Shown in pieces: positions 22,597-34,001 of a stretch of DNA of 64,000 nucleotides (positions are counted from its first letter, which is position 1; each line of letters begins with the position of its first letter). Both the position numbers and the translations under genes were made by a program. The stretch is from Schizochytrium sp. TIO01 (lineage: Eukaryota; Protista; Bigyra: Labyrinthulomycetes): assembly GCA_004764695.1 (NCBI GenBank), contig SMSO01000031.1:1092436-1156435 (forward strand), given 5' to 3'. The notes under the pieces are model-generated. The model was not told the origin of the DNA and did no database searches. It saw nothing but the letters and a program-made list of their open reading frames with translations.

Positions 22597-24952
22597 GTCG
22601 GACTTGACGAGAGTTCTGCACGGAAGCAAGCGAGATCTGCCCTACTTTTCTTCTTGTTCTTGCCTTTGTAAACCTAAGATCTTCAGTCGCAGTATTCCTG
22701 ATGCAGAGCTGCTGTCTAGCTGTCTGCACGTAGTGTCCTCGAGTTTCGGATATGCCTCCGCCTTGGCGAAAACTCGCAGGATCTTATCTGTCGCTCCTTG
22801 CACCTATTACCTAGGTATCGGTACTTACATATGTAATATCAACTCTGTCAGGTATCCAAGTTCTCCCGGTTTACCGTGCTAGTCGTAGTCGCCCTTAGCG
22901 ATTACTCTACAAGTCCGATCTATGAGCCGCGTAGAGCCTGCAGAAACCGGTAGGCAAAGACTTAGGAGTGGACTCGTGTTAGACTTGTATGAAGGCGTGA
23001 AGATCACCTAGATTTAGGGATGATGTGAGCAATGTCATCGTCATTAGATCTTGGAGTGCTTTTCAAGACACCGGCAGATTAATGAGTATTGGCGAGGCGG
23101 GACAATGCAGAGCTGCTATTTGTCGAAAGATCGGATTCAGTGAAGAGAAGAGAAGCGAGGTGTAAGCTCGTGTCGAGCGAGTTCGTGAGACGTGCCAACT
23201 CTAGTTGAGAAGTTGCTCCGGAAGTTCCTCGTATTCTACCGCTCGTGGGGTGACCTGAGAGACGCCCTAGGCTAGGGACAACCTCAGCGAGCAAAATCTA
23301 ATCTCCCGAGACAAACGATGGTTGCACTTTAGAAATGTACCAATTTGCCCTACAAACGGCCAGCATGGTTACCAGTATGGTTCTGAAAAGCATCGTCTGA
23401 TCTTGGAGTATACCTGGAAGCAAGCATTTACAGATCGCTTAGCATGAGCTCCATTCATTCCACGGACGGCACTTGAGATCGCCCGACAGGTTACCAAAAA
23501 TACTGGTATAAGAAACCAAGCATTTCGACAAGATGTCTGCGTTGAACGACAGCAAAGATAGTGTAGATAACAAAGATAATAATAGTAAATGTAAAAGGCT
23601 TATTACTTATTTAGTTATGAATGAAGACGATTTCACAGGCAGAATACTGGTACCAGACAAGCATGCAGGAGGTGATTGACAACACAAACGGGATCTTAAG
23701 ATGATACTCAATCCCCCTTCTTATTCTTTCACGCTCTCTTTTTTTAACTCTTTCTTTTTTCCTTTCTCTTTTTCATTTTTTCTTCTCTTTTCCCTTCTTT
23801 TGTTTTTCATAGTTGATCATCCGTGGAATTCTTGGGGATGACAACATTTTTCTTGTCATATATTTCTTCGCAGCGATATCCCTTTTTCTTGCAATCTTCT
23901 TCTTTTCTTCTTCTTCTGTAAAGTCCTTGATCTTAATCTTCTTTTCTTTATCGTCATCGAACCAATGCAGAAAACGATATTCGGTTGAAAAGGGACGTGC
24001 TCACAGCTTGCTTCACCCTTTTGCTTTCCCCAACCACGCATTTCCCCATTTTGCCTTCAATGATCTCTTATCATCTATCTGTCCATCACATTATTATCAC
24101 TATGAACACCTACCACAATCATATCATAAGGTTTTATTGTCCCAGTTTACCGTTCCCAGGATTTCTCATATGTCCCCGAGATATCATTTCCAATGTGACA
24201 CTAATGCAACCCCGCCATCACTTGAGACTTCCACAGGTCAGGTCTTGGATATAACCCACAAGAAATCGCCGCCCCAGGCAAGTTGCCTGAAGGAGAAGAC
24301 CAATTCATACTTCGTGCTAGGGTTAACATCTTGCACTTCACTTCTTGAGAAGTAGCTGATATTGAGATATCGAAGAAAGGAATTTGAAATGGTGGTAAGT
24401 AGCCTCAGGACAAGTCTAGAGGTCTGCATAAAGGCTTATTCAACGCCGCGGTAGCCATAAGACATCATGGGGTATACTTCAGAGATACATGAGACAGAGA
24501 AGCGTCAAATGAACAACGCAACGTTTGAATCTGATCCGCCGAGGCAATTGGCGAGTACACAAACACCAACACAAAAGTTTTGAGGCAAATAGAATCGTTC
24601 GATAGATCACCACGAGACCCCTTGCACATTTGCATGTCTAACATCTCTGCATGAAGCGCGAATTAAGGTGAAAGGTAGCAAAAAAGACGATGTGCATCAT
24701 TGGATAGAGATATGAGAGACATTGGTAAAAGGGAATGGAAAACACAGAAAGTCGATCGGTAACGAAGTCATTAGCAAGCAGAGATAGCCCACTGGTGACC
24801 TCGCAGAGAAGGAGACTGAGGAATGTAGAGTGAGATTCACATACGGGGGAGGAGGGAGATGAAGAGAGAGATGAAGAGAGAGGTAGAGAGAATTTTGGCA
24901 GATATAGAACTTAAAAGGGGGAAGTAAGCGAAGTTCCCCAGAGCAAAGTGGC

Positions 24953-26545
24953 TTATTTGGCCTTTTCGACGAGAGCCGCGATGTGTGCCAAGACGCAGTT
25001 TGTAAGAGAAGAGGTCTCGTACATGTCTAGGCAGGCCATCCAACGACCATAACCGCCCTCCAGTACAGAGACAACACGGTCAACACCACTGTGGTCAACG
25101 AGAAGTTCTGTTGCCCAGGCGAAATCAGTGTCTGTTAGATCAAGGCCAGAAACATTTTCATATGAGCAACCCTCGTCCTCGTAGCTACCGTCAAACCCTG
25201 CAGAGATAAAAAGCAAGTCAGGCTGAAATGTTTTAAGGCGGGGTAGAATGCGTTGTTCCACCGCGCGCCGCCAAGCTGCGCGACCGCGATTTGAGGACTT
25301 TGGCTGGGGAAATGCGAAGCGTTGGTCGTCGTTTGGTGCGCTTGCAGAACCTTCGTCCTCTGTTTTCATAGCGTTGTTCTTGCTGGAGTTGTGTCCCTTG
25401 ATCCTCTCAAAGCCTGTCCGTGTGCGACGGCGCTTGATCTCTCCACTTCCGCTTGAGGCACCAGCCGAGTTTGGGGAACCAGGGCCACTCACCACCATCT
25501 CTGTGTCGCTGTCATCACCATTCTTCACCCACAATGGTGTCAAAGGAACATTCAGGAAACGCAAATCATCCTGCTCAGCGCCAGTTCCAGGGAAGAAGTC
25601 CATGTCAGGCTCACCGGGAAAAGTCTCGTGCAAGTGTATACTGCAGTAAATCACTGGGCTGTGCGCAAAGCGCTCCTGCACAATGGTCTGCGTCCCGTTT
25701 CCATGATGTACATCAAGATCCACAATAGCAATACGGCAGCTCGGGTGCATCCGCAAAGCCTCAGCCACACCAACACAAACATTGTTCACGATACAAAATC
25801 CACAGCCGCCAGCAACTGGGTCGTAACCCCGGGGTCCAGCGTGATGACCCGGCGGACGAACCAAACAGAAGCAGCGCTTTTGGATATACTTGTTTCCCAT
25901 CACAATTTCCACTGCGCGCACCACAGATCCCGCAGCACGCATTGCGGCCTTGAAGCTTCCCTGGGAGAAGCGAGTTGCGCTCGTAAGGTGTTTGTTGCGG
26001 CCAAAGAAGCGCCGCTGCTCCTCCTCTGAAAAGAGTCGTGAGACAACGAGAGGTGAGAACCGGAGAACTTCCTGGTCAGACGGCACATCTTCACCGTCGC
26101 GGTTGTAGCGAACGCAGAGTCCCTCCAAGAAGTCAACGTAAGCTGCATCGTGAACCATGAGTAGCTGCTCTCGAGTTGCTAGCGGCACGTCGTGGTCGTA
26201 CACCAATGGAAGCACATGGTTGCCTCGCACACCCTCTTCAAATAACTTCAGAAAAATATTGTGAACTCGTTCGGGACCTTCCTGATGAACTTCCAACGTA
26301 CCGTGAAGCCGTGTACAGTGTCCACGAAGGTCCTGGTGGTACAACACGGGCAATGGGTGCGCCGGTACAACGCCTGCAAAGTGGCTGCGACCTGCAGCCG
26401 AGCTGTCCCCAGAAACCACGGAGCTGCCGCACCCAACGCAACTTGCTCGGTCAAGTTCACCATCAGAAGTCTGTCCTTGTTGTGTGGGAGTTTGACGACC
26501 AGCGCCACCTCCACTACTGTTGCTGCTGCCAATGCTTGAACTCAT
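24953..26545 (-). CDS. Zn-dependent histone deacetylase, class II-like (530 aa)
   Basis: Motifs HQEGPER, RPPGHHAG, GFCIVNNV, DLDVHHGNGTQ, SIH, FFPGTG, NVPL, SAGFDG, LEGGY. It has a Ser/Gly-rich N-terminus and a basic insert (KRRRTR). ATG at 26545. Confidence 0.95.
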   Translation of the reverse strand: MSSSIGSSNSSGGGAGRQTPTQQGQTSDGELDRASCVGCGSSVVSGDSSAAGRSHFAGVVPAHPLPVLYHQDLRGHCTRLHGTLEVHQEGPERVHNIFLKLFEEGVRGNHVLPLVYDHDVPLATREQLLMVHDAAYVDFLEGLCVRYNRDGEDVPSDQEVLRFSPLVVSRLFSEEEQRRFFGRNKHLTSATRFSQGSFKAAMRAAGSVVRAVEIVMGNKYIQKRCFCLVRPPGHHAGPRGYDPVAGGCGFCIVNNVCVGVAEALRMHPSCRIAIVDLDVHHGNGTQTIVQERFAHSPVIYCSIHLHETFPGEPDMDFFPGTGAEQDDLRFLNVPLTPLWVKNGDDSDTEMVVSGPGSPNSAGASSGSGEIKRRRTRTGFERIKGHNSSKNNAMKTEDEGSASAPNDDQRFAFPQPKSSNRGRAAWRRAVEQRILPRLKTFQPDLLFISAGFDGSYEDEGCSYENVSGLDLTDTDFAWATELLVDHSGVDRVVSVLEGGYGRWMACLDMYETSSLTNCVLAHIAALVEKAK

Positions 26546-27494
26546 TGTGTCGAGATCCACAAGCGAATCCGCAAGCGTATCCGTAAACCGCCAAGTATGA
26601 AAGGATTACGTAAGTCGACCACACAACCAGTTTTTTTTAATGAAAGCTACAGCCCGTCTACCACGCCACAGGCAACCTCGCTAACGAAACTAAATTAAAG
26701 TCGAACCTTTGATTGGTTTTGCGTTGCTTTAATCGATCCAAGTCGTCCACAAAAAGAGAGATGAAGAGAAGTCGAAGTATTAAAGTAATAACAAAAGCCC
26801 AGACCAAAGAGGATAAAAAGAATGAATGAGTCAAAGAACGAAACACCGTCGCGATCTGAGCCCGATGCGCTTTAGACCCGCGTTCGCTGAGGTGATCAGC
26901 CCAGTCCCGCTGGAAATTAGCACGATCTCCCTAGGTCCCAGTCCCTTCGAGCCTCGGTGCGTAAGCAGCCAAGGCCTTGTGTAGAGGGAATCTTTAGCAG
27001 GCAAGCCGCCCGAACAGGCCGATGCCGGGGTGGATGAGGGCCAAGGGCGCGCAGGAGTAGAGCCCAGGTCGCGCTATAGATCGACGAACGCCGCTGCGAG
27101 CAGACGCTGCCGCAGGGAGTCGTCAGGACGCTGCCGAATACCGCCGCGCCGCTGCCGAGGACCGCGAGGCGCGGATCAAACCATTCTGCCCGCCTCCCAG
27201 CACAGGGCTCGTCGCGCTTGCCAAGGCCTATAACCCACTTGTGTAACCTATAACCCACTTGCGATGCTCTATTCTCTACTGTATCCACAAGTACATTATC
27301 TGCCACAGGCGGCCTTTAGCCACCATCGAAGTTCCACTGTAGCACAACAGTATAGCCCACTTGTACTGCCTATTCCCCACTTTAAATTACTATAGACTAT
27401 ACGAGCTATAATGGACTTTCGCGCACAGGCTGCAACGGCGCCGCTCTCTTTCTTCTACGACGTAGTTAGTCACTTTGGTTATGTTGAGTGAATG

Positions 27495-27558
27495 AGTAAG
27501 TAAAATAGTGAGTAAGTAAGTAAAATAGTGAGTGAGTAAGTAAAATAGTGAGTAAGTA
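27495..27558. repeat. 20-bp minisatellite (agtaagtaaaatagtgagt[ag]) x~3
   Basis: Read directly. Confidence 0.85.
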
Positions 27559-30509
27559 TGTATGCGACTCTTTTATGGACTACTTGTGCAGGAAGCCGTG
27601 TGTTTCGAGTTAGCAAAGTAGCGAGGACCTGAGAATGGATGAAAGGAGGTCGCCAAGAGCTGCAGAGGGACCGTAGGGAGAACTTGGAGCACCGGCGTTG
27701 CGTGCACACCAGAGGCTCAACAGAAGACTCACCACTTCGCTTGGTTCTTTGATTCTCTTCAATCGTTTCATTCACCTACCTTTCATTATATCTTATTTTT
27801 ATCTTATTTCGCTTTTTTTACACAGTTGTAAAATTCTGTTCTATGAGACGTATTATAGCTTTGTTGGGGTTCAAGTTTGGAGTTGGAGGAGAAGAAGAAT
27901 TGGAATCTTTGGAAAACGTTTGGAGAAGGATCGCAAAACCTGAAAACTCAGGACGATTCGATGTTAGAGATGCACGGCGCTGCAATTGTAGACAAGAGAG
28001 ACGCGAGAATGCCTACGCCTCTGCCAGCGGACTTGAAAGTGGGCTTGGCGCGGGTCCTTTGAAGAAAAAACCTTGGTTTGGATCCATATCAGCAGATCCT
28101 TGTTATCAGGCTCTGGCGGTAGGTAATGATAGGTGATGGTTAGGAGTGGAATCAAATAGTTACTATTATAGATTATGGTAGAAGCGGGTTAGTGAGTAGA
28201 AAGCGCCTTTAAACGTAAGTAAAAGTAAATTGATTAGGAGGAAGGACGAAGCCTTATGGGTTTAAAATAGTTAGCGTTATGATAAATCAGCACAACTACC
28301 GGGTTCTGGGAACGAGGGCAGTTCGTTCTGCGTTCCGAAGGGCGGACGGCTGCGCATCTCCCCAAAATGGTCAGGAATCAGAATCAAGAATAATTTGGGT
28401 TCATGTTTGCGTTCTACTGGAAGGGCACAAGCGTGGGTGGACGAAACTTTAGAATGCCTTGAATAAGGAAGTGACGGCATTCAGCGATGGAAGTATTCAT
28501 GGATCTTAGTGTTCGTCAACACTACATTTCGATGAAACGTTTCAGAACACAATGTGATTTATTTGGATGGGCAAATAGAAATGGGGCGGAAAGGTTCATC
28601 AAAGTGGATCAAGAATTCCCTAAATAAAAGGCATTGCTAGCTTGGTTGCACCCTCCTATCTTATATGTTGGCACCCTCGTAATGAAAGGAAGGGTGTGGA
28701 CAATCAATATCATTGATATCGAGCAGGAAGGGCACAATGATACAGAATGACGTGCTCTAAGCGGGTAGAGAAAATCTAAAGCAGGATGATGGCAAGTTTT
28801 CATACAGAAAACAGAAGCATCAAATTGAACTAAAATATGTAAGATCAATAGGATAGCCATCTGGGAGTTTTACTTTGAGGCACGGTCATCGCTCTTCCTT
28901 TGAGCGCAACAAATATATTCACTGAATATTACATCAACAATCATGCGTCTGCTACCATGGACTTCAAAAAAAACTTGCTCTAGGTTTGAAATTGATCACG
29001 CAGCTTCAGGGTTCGTATTTTTTTATTACTTACATCGTATAGCAAAATAAACAGCTATCGAAACGTTGCGGTTTCAAAGTACACTCGTAGTTTAAACCGT
29101 GTATAAATGTCTCTATAAAGCCTGTAAAAGTTGCAAAAAATCTTATGATTGTTCCCCAAGTATCTATGGCCATGCATCTTTCATTTTTTTCGCGTTTTGC
29201 TTTGCTTTCATTCGGGATTGAAGTATCTTAAGTTGAACTTTATGCATATTCTTGTGATTGTGGCTCTTTGTAGGCATAACTAACACGTTCAAATGGTATA
29301 GAAGCGCTCCCATTCTGTGGATGAGTTGCCAGTGTATCTAAAGAGATGACTTTTTCAGTGGTTTCTCCAAATACATCTATATTAATTCTTCATATTCCGT
29401 ATATTCACGGATCCGGTTTTATAAGAATGGTAACAGTGTTAGATGCAAATAAACCAAATGCACAGAAAGTATGATAGATTTTGATATTGGACTGTATTTA
29501 GAGAGGGGTTGTCTTTGATTAGTTTTCCCCTTTTTCCTGTTCACAGTGGAGCAATATCTAGAAGTATTTAGAAGGTATACAAAATGTAGAAGGCTCCTGA
29601 AGGAACCACAAAGTACTCATGATATAACATTGATATAGATTGTTTCAAAAATTATGTGAAAAGTATCTGCTACAGAAAACTACATATAGACCTGCTAGGC
29701 ATGAAAAAGTTAAGCTATAGAACATGTTTCACATTATAAATTGAATAAAGTAAAAACTCTCAGAGATTATAGAGCAGTTTACATTTTGTATTAAAGGAAT
29801 CACATAAACGTTAATGGGACCTGGACATTATCATACAGAACTTGGTCATGAGACGAATATGGTACGAGCACTTCATGATTACTGTGCATAATTGTAGATT
29901 GTAATAGGTCAGCATGATGAGAATATGATGAAAAGATGTCAGAGAAAACAAAATAAACATCCTCCTTCAAGGTGAAATAAAGTTCGCCCTTTGTACCCGA
30001 GGGAGATAGCTTACTAACAAGTCATTGTTGAACGTTGGTCGCAGGCTGACTCCTAGAATGCCGTAATAATTGAACATGTATTAGACATTTTTCCATCTCT
30101 CAAGCCAGTTTATCAAAGCCAAGAGTAGTAAATTCATGCGAAACACAGTAACTTTGTCTTTCACATATTTTGCCTTGCTTTGTTACCCCCAATTGAGATT
30201 TACATTCATGCCCTACTGGAATTGCTGCGTGAATTCGCGCTAACTACGTAGAGACCAGCAGAAAACGAATAATAATTTTGAACCTTACTCACTCCTAGAT
30301 GCTCTTAGTATCTTTCTCATCCCAACGCCAACAATAGCAAAGAGCTGAAGATTGCACCAGAGCAAACCTTCAATGGTGTGACAATCTAGAGGTTTGACTG
30401 TTAAGCGCAGATTGGGGAGCCATCATTGAGGTAATCTCACTTGTCACGTCAGTCTGCATAGCCAGAACATATATATATATCGCAAGGGAGTATCCGTCGA
30501 TCGTTCATC

Positions 30510-32021
30510 ATGCAAGACAGCAACGCCGATATAGAACAAGTGAATGCAGCAAAAGGCAACAACTCTGTCGTTAAAGATGAAAGTGCGGTGCACGGAGCAA
30601 CAAAGGACCCACAAGAAGATCTTGGTACGAAACGAGAACGTGAGCAAACAAAGGAAAATGAAAGTATCTCCGAAGTTGAAGGAACCGTCATCAGCAAGCG
30701 GGCTCGTACGAAGTCAGAGGAACGCGACACCCGCGTACCTGTGATAATTCTCTCAGGGATGCTTGGGGCTGGTAAAACAACATTACTGCAGCACATTCTC
30801 GCGAATCGCAAAGGTCTTCGCATCGGTGTCGTAGTGAATGACGTAGCGGCGATCAACATAGATGCACGTGAAGTGCAGAGACGAACTATGGGCCAAGATG
30901 GGATTGAAACTGTGCAACTAGAGAATGGATGTGCGTGTTGTTCTGCAAGTGATGATCTTTATCGCTCTCTAGACCAGCTTCTTGAGACAAGCACATTTGA
31001 TCATATTGTTGTTGAATGCTCTGGAGTGGCAGAACCGAAGCGATTGTGGGGAAGTCTTGATATTGCTCTACAAGAAGAGGGTACAGATGCTAAAATCCGG
31101 TTAGAAAAGCTGATCACTCTTGTCGATGCTTCTCAGCTTGAAGACTTGTTTGGGAAGCTAGGTTCGGAGGTTGCCACTGACGAGGCTAATGGCTGGACCA
31201 AATCTGACGCGGCTCGATTTACTTGTGACCTCTTTGTTGAACAAATCGAGAGTGCAGATCTAATGCTTCTGAACAAAGTTGACCTTGTCCCGGAAAATGT
31301 TGTTCCAAGGCTCGAAGGAATTCTGAAGGGATTAAATCCAAGTGCCAAGGTTGCATCCACAGTCAATGGTAATATTAGTCTTGAAAAGGTCTTTTTGCAA
31401 CTTTCTAGCACAACGGATTCCAAGTCTTCTTCAGAAGTTACCACGAACAATGGGACAACAGACTCAGACGCCACTTCAAACGCAGCCTTGAGTGTAGACG
31501 AGGAACATCGCACATTTCTCAAAGCACTTCAAAAGATGAGGGAGCCCGCAACGGATGCACATGGGGCCCACAAACACAATCCTGTGGAAACGCATATCTA
31601 CAAACGCAGGCGGCCATTCGAGCCACAACGATTTGCAAAATGCATGCTTGCAGAGCGCCCAGCATGCCTTCAAGACCCTATACTTCGTGCGAAAGGTTAT
31701 TGTTGGCTAGTCAATCAACATGACATGGCTCTCTACTTTTCTCGCGCTGGTCAACAAGCCACCCTTGTGCCCATTGGTGCATGGTGGGATGCTATCCCTC
31801 GTAACGAGTGGCCTTCTGAAAATATGCCAAAATACGTAGAGCAAGACTTTGAAGGTGAATATGGGGACCGCAGACAGGAAATTGTATTGATCGGCATTAG
31901 TCTTGACATTGCAGAAATTGAGAAGGTCCTCGATCGCTGCTTGTTGACTGATGAGGAAATGTCTGAAGTGTTTGACGGCAACTCAGACGTTGAAGCCGAC
32001 GCCGAGAAATTCCTCCTTTAA
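30510..32021 (+). CDS. COG0523/CobW-family G3E P-loop GTPase (zinc metallochaperone), 503 aa
   Basis: Walker A SGMLGAGKTT, VVVND, LENGCACCS (CxCC), VECSGVAEP and NKVDL. The CobW_C region has RRPFEPQRF, LRAKGYCWL and GDRRQEIVLIG. Confidence 0.95.
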   Translation: MQDSNADIEQVNAAKGNNSVVKDESAVHGATKDPQEDLGTKREREQTKENESISEVEGTVISKRARTKSEERDTRVPVIILSGMLGAGKTTLLQHILANRKGLRIGVVVNDVAAINIDAREVQRRTMGQDGIETVQLENGCACCSASDDLYRSLDQLLETSTFDHIVVECSGVAEPKRLWGSLDIALQEEGTDAKIRLEKLITLVDASQLEDLFGKLGSEVATDEANGWTKSDAARFTCDLFVEQIESADLMLLNKVDLVPENVVPRLEGILKGLNPSAKVASTVNGNISLEKVFLQLSSTTDSKSSSEVTTNNGTTDSDATSNAALSVDEEHRTFLKALQKMREPATDAHGAHKHNPVETHIYKRRRPFEPQRFAKCMLAERPACLQDPILRAKGYCWLVNQHDMALYFSRAGQQATLVPIGAWWDAIPRNEWPSENMPKYVEQDFEGEYGDRRQEIVLIGISLDIAEIEKVLDRCLLTDEEMSEVFDGNSDVEADAEKFLL

Positions 32022-32510
32022 CCTCCTCATTATCATTTGAATCGATGTTAGTTCATCGATGTTAGTTCATATGAAGGAAGTCTCGCCATGCTGTGCGATC
32101 ACTTTTCTCTCCAATAACCACGGTTATACATAAATGATTTTTCCATGACGATATACTTCGCAAGTATATGTGCTTCTATTTATCATGTGAGCTAGCAATC
32201 TCACCAAAGGTACACTGGCAAATGATTCCTGCAAGGTTTACAAGGACGCCTTGACGCATCTACTTCCTTATCGGAGTTTGGCCATATTGGAATATATATA
32301 ATATGGGTTGCATAACTTCATCAGCAGGCAAGAAGTACTTTGTCCTGCATTGCTCTACTTATCACCATGATAGAATAGAATTATCAACGCAAACATACAA
32401 TATTCCAAGGTTTTCGATGCCAATCAAATTTTAAGAGGGGGCCTTGTTGCAAAATCTCAAAATCTATAGTAATTAGCAGTTCTATAATAGTTATAAAAAA
32501 AAAGGTAATT

Positions 32511-34001
32511 TCACATGTACAAGACACGGGCGGGGATTTGTGCAAACCCGTCAGCATCTTTCTTGGCGGTTGCAATGCTAGTCATATGCATCGCATTTGC
32601 AAAAGCGGAGCGCTGAAACAGAGCACCGCCTTTCACGGTAAAACTGTGGATTTGAGTAAAGCACTCTACTTTGCAGGTGCAAGGTTCACCCAAAACGGTT
32701 GTTTCGCTGAGCTTGCAACGCAAAATTTTGGAGGATTGTATTGCTTTCGTGAGCTGAGTTTTGAAGCCTGCAAAGCTCAAACGACTGACGCCTCGCTGCG
32801 CAGAACTTGCGGCTATTGCGGCAGCTTCAACAGCTGCATTACTCCTCTTTGCCACAAGTGAGGAAAAGGTGGTCTCATCGCACGATGAGGTACGTGTTGG
32901 GCCAGGTGCAGGGACCACCCTTGAGACCACACTCCCTGATTGCCGGAGAGGCGCAAGGTTTGGCAAGTGGCACGCGTGGCGAATAGGCTGCACAGTGCTG
33001 GTTATCACAACAGATCCTTGGTAAAGGTTTTCCAGTATTTTGCTCGCCTTTGATGGGTCAGTGTTATTTGCAAATTCAACGCGTCCAGCAGCAGTCATTT
33101 TCACATTAAAGACTCCTGAGCATGCTCGCAGTGACCCTGAGAAAGCATCAACAGCAATTCCATCGTACTCAATTAATGCTGTCGGATTTCTTTGAGATAG
33201 AACGCTGCCGAGGGCTTCGAGAAGGTTGTTATGTACACGGGGTTGTTCTCTTTCATCCAAGGCCTGTTCATGAGTCAAAGTGTCGTGCGTCTCCACAGCT
33301 AGCCCACATCCTTTTGCCGGGCAATGTTGATTTTCCGCAAACCATTTGCGCCCACATTCATGGTGAATATGATGTCCACAGGGCAGCTCAAGAAGGACTT
33401 GGGCTGAGATCTCGTGCAGGCATTCTTCACATGAAGCGCATCTGGCAGTAAGCCAGTCTTCCATCTCGGTATCGTCTGAACGCTGCTGGCCTTGACGAGA
33501 GTCGACTTCAGCAGGACTTGATGTTCGAGGCTTACTAGTAGTATTCAAAGATGCTTCTGCTGCAGGGTAAAGGCTACCCAAAGTTACGTAAACGACTGGC
33601 AGTTTTGCAAACAGTCCAGGGTGGAGTCCTTTGCGAATGCCTTGTTTAATGTACTGCGCCTCAAGTCTGCCATCAGAAGAGCATCGCTGCAGAAAGCGAA
33701 TGTGCTTGTATAAGTTCTCGACGGGGTCATCCTCTTCTCTGCATCTTGCTTCACTATCATCACTGTAGCAAACCTCTGCTTCATCTTCAAGAGCATCACT
33801 GATGCGAGTAGCTACGTCTTCGCCGGAAGAGTACTGATCTTCTTCACCCCCACTACTGCTACTACTGTCATTGTTGTTATTGCTGCTGAGGGCGATCTCC
33901 TTTACGTTGATACCCCCGCTGCAATTTTCCTGGTCCTCCAGCAAGCTGGATGCCGGCGCCAAGCACGCCTCGACCTCCAGCTGGTCCTCCCGTCTCGCCA
34001 T
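32511..34001 (-). CDS. RING-H2 zinc-finger protein (putative E3 ubiquitin ligase), 496 aa
   Basis: C-x2-C...LPCGHHIHHECGRKW...CPAKGC, with an acidic N-terminus. Long uninterrupted ATG-started ORF. Confidence 0.85.
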   Translation of the reverse strand: MARREDQLEVEACLAPASSLLEDQENCSGGINVKEIALSSNNNNDSSSSSGGEEDQYSSGEDVATRISDALEDEAEVCYSDDSEARCREEDDPVENLYKHIRFLQRCSSDGRLEAQYIKQGIRKGLHPGLFAKLPVVYVTLGSLYPAAEASLNTTSKPRTSSPAEVDSRQGQQRSDDTEMEDWLTARCASCEECLHEISAQVLLELPCGHHIHHECGRKWFAENQHCPAKGCGLAVETHDTLTHEQALDEREQPRVHNNLLEALGSVLSQRNPTALIEYDGIAVDAFSGSLRACSGVFNVKMTAAGRVEFANNTDPSKASKILENLYQGSVVITSTVQPIRHACHLPNLAPLRQSGSVVSRVVPAPGPTRTSSCDETTFSSLVAKRSNAAVEAAAIAASSAQRGVSRLSFAGFKTQLTKAIQSSKILRCKLSETTVLGEPCTCKVECFTQIHSFTVKGGALFQRSAFANAMHMTSIATAKKDADGFAQIPARVLYM

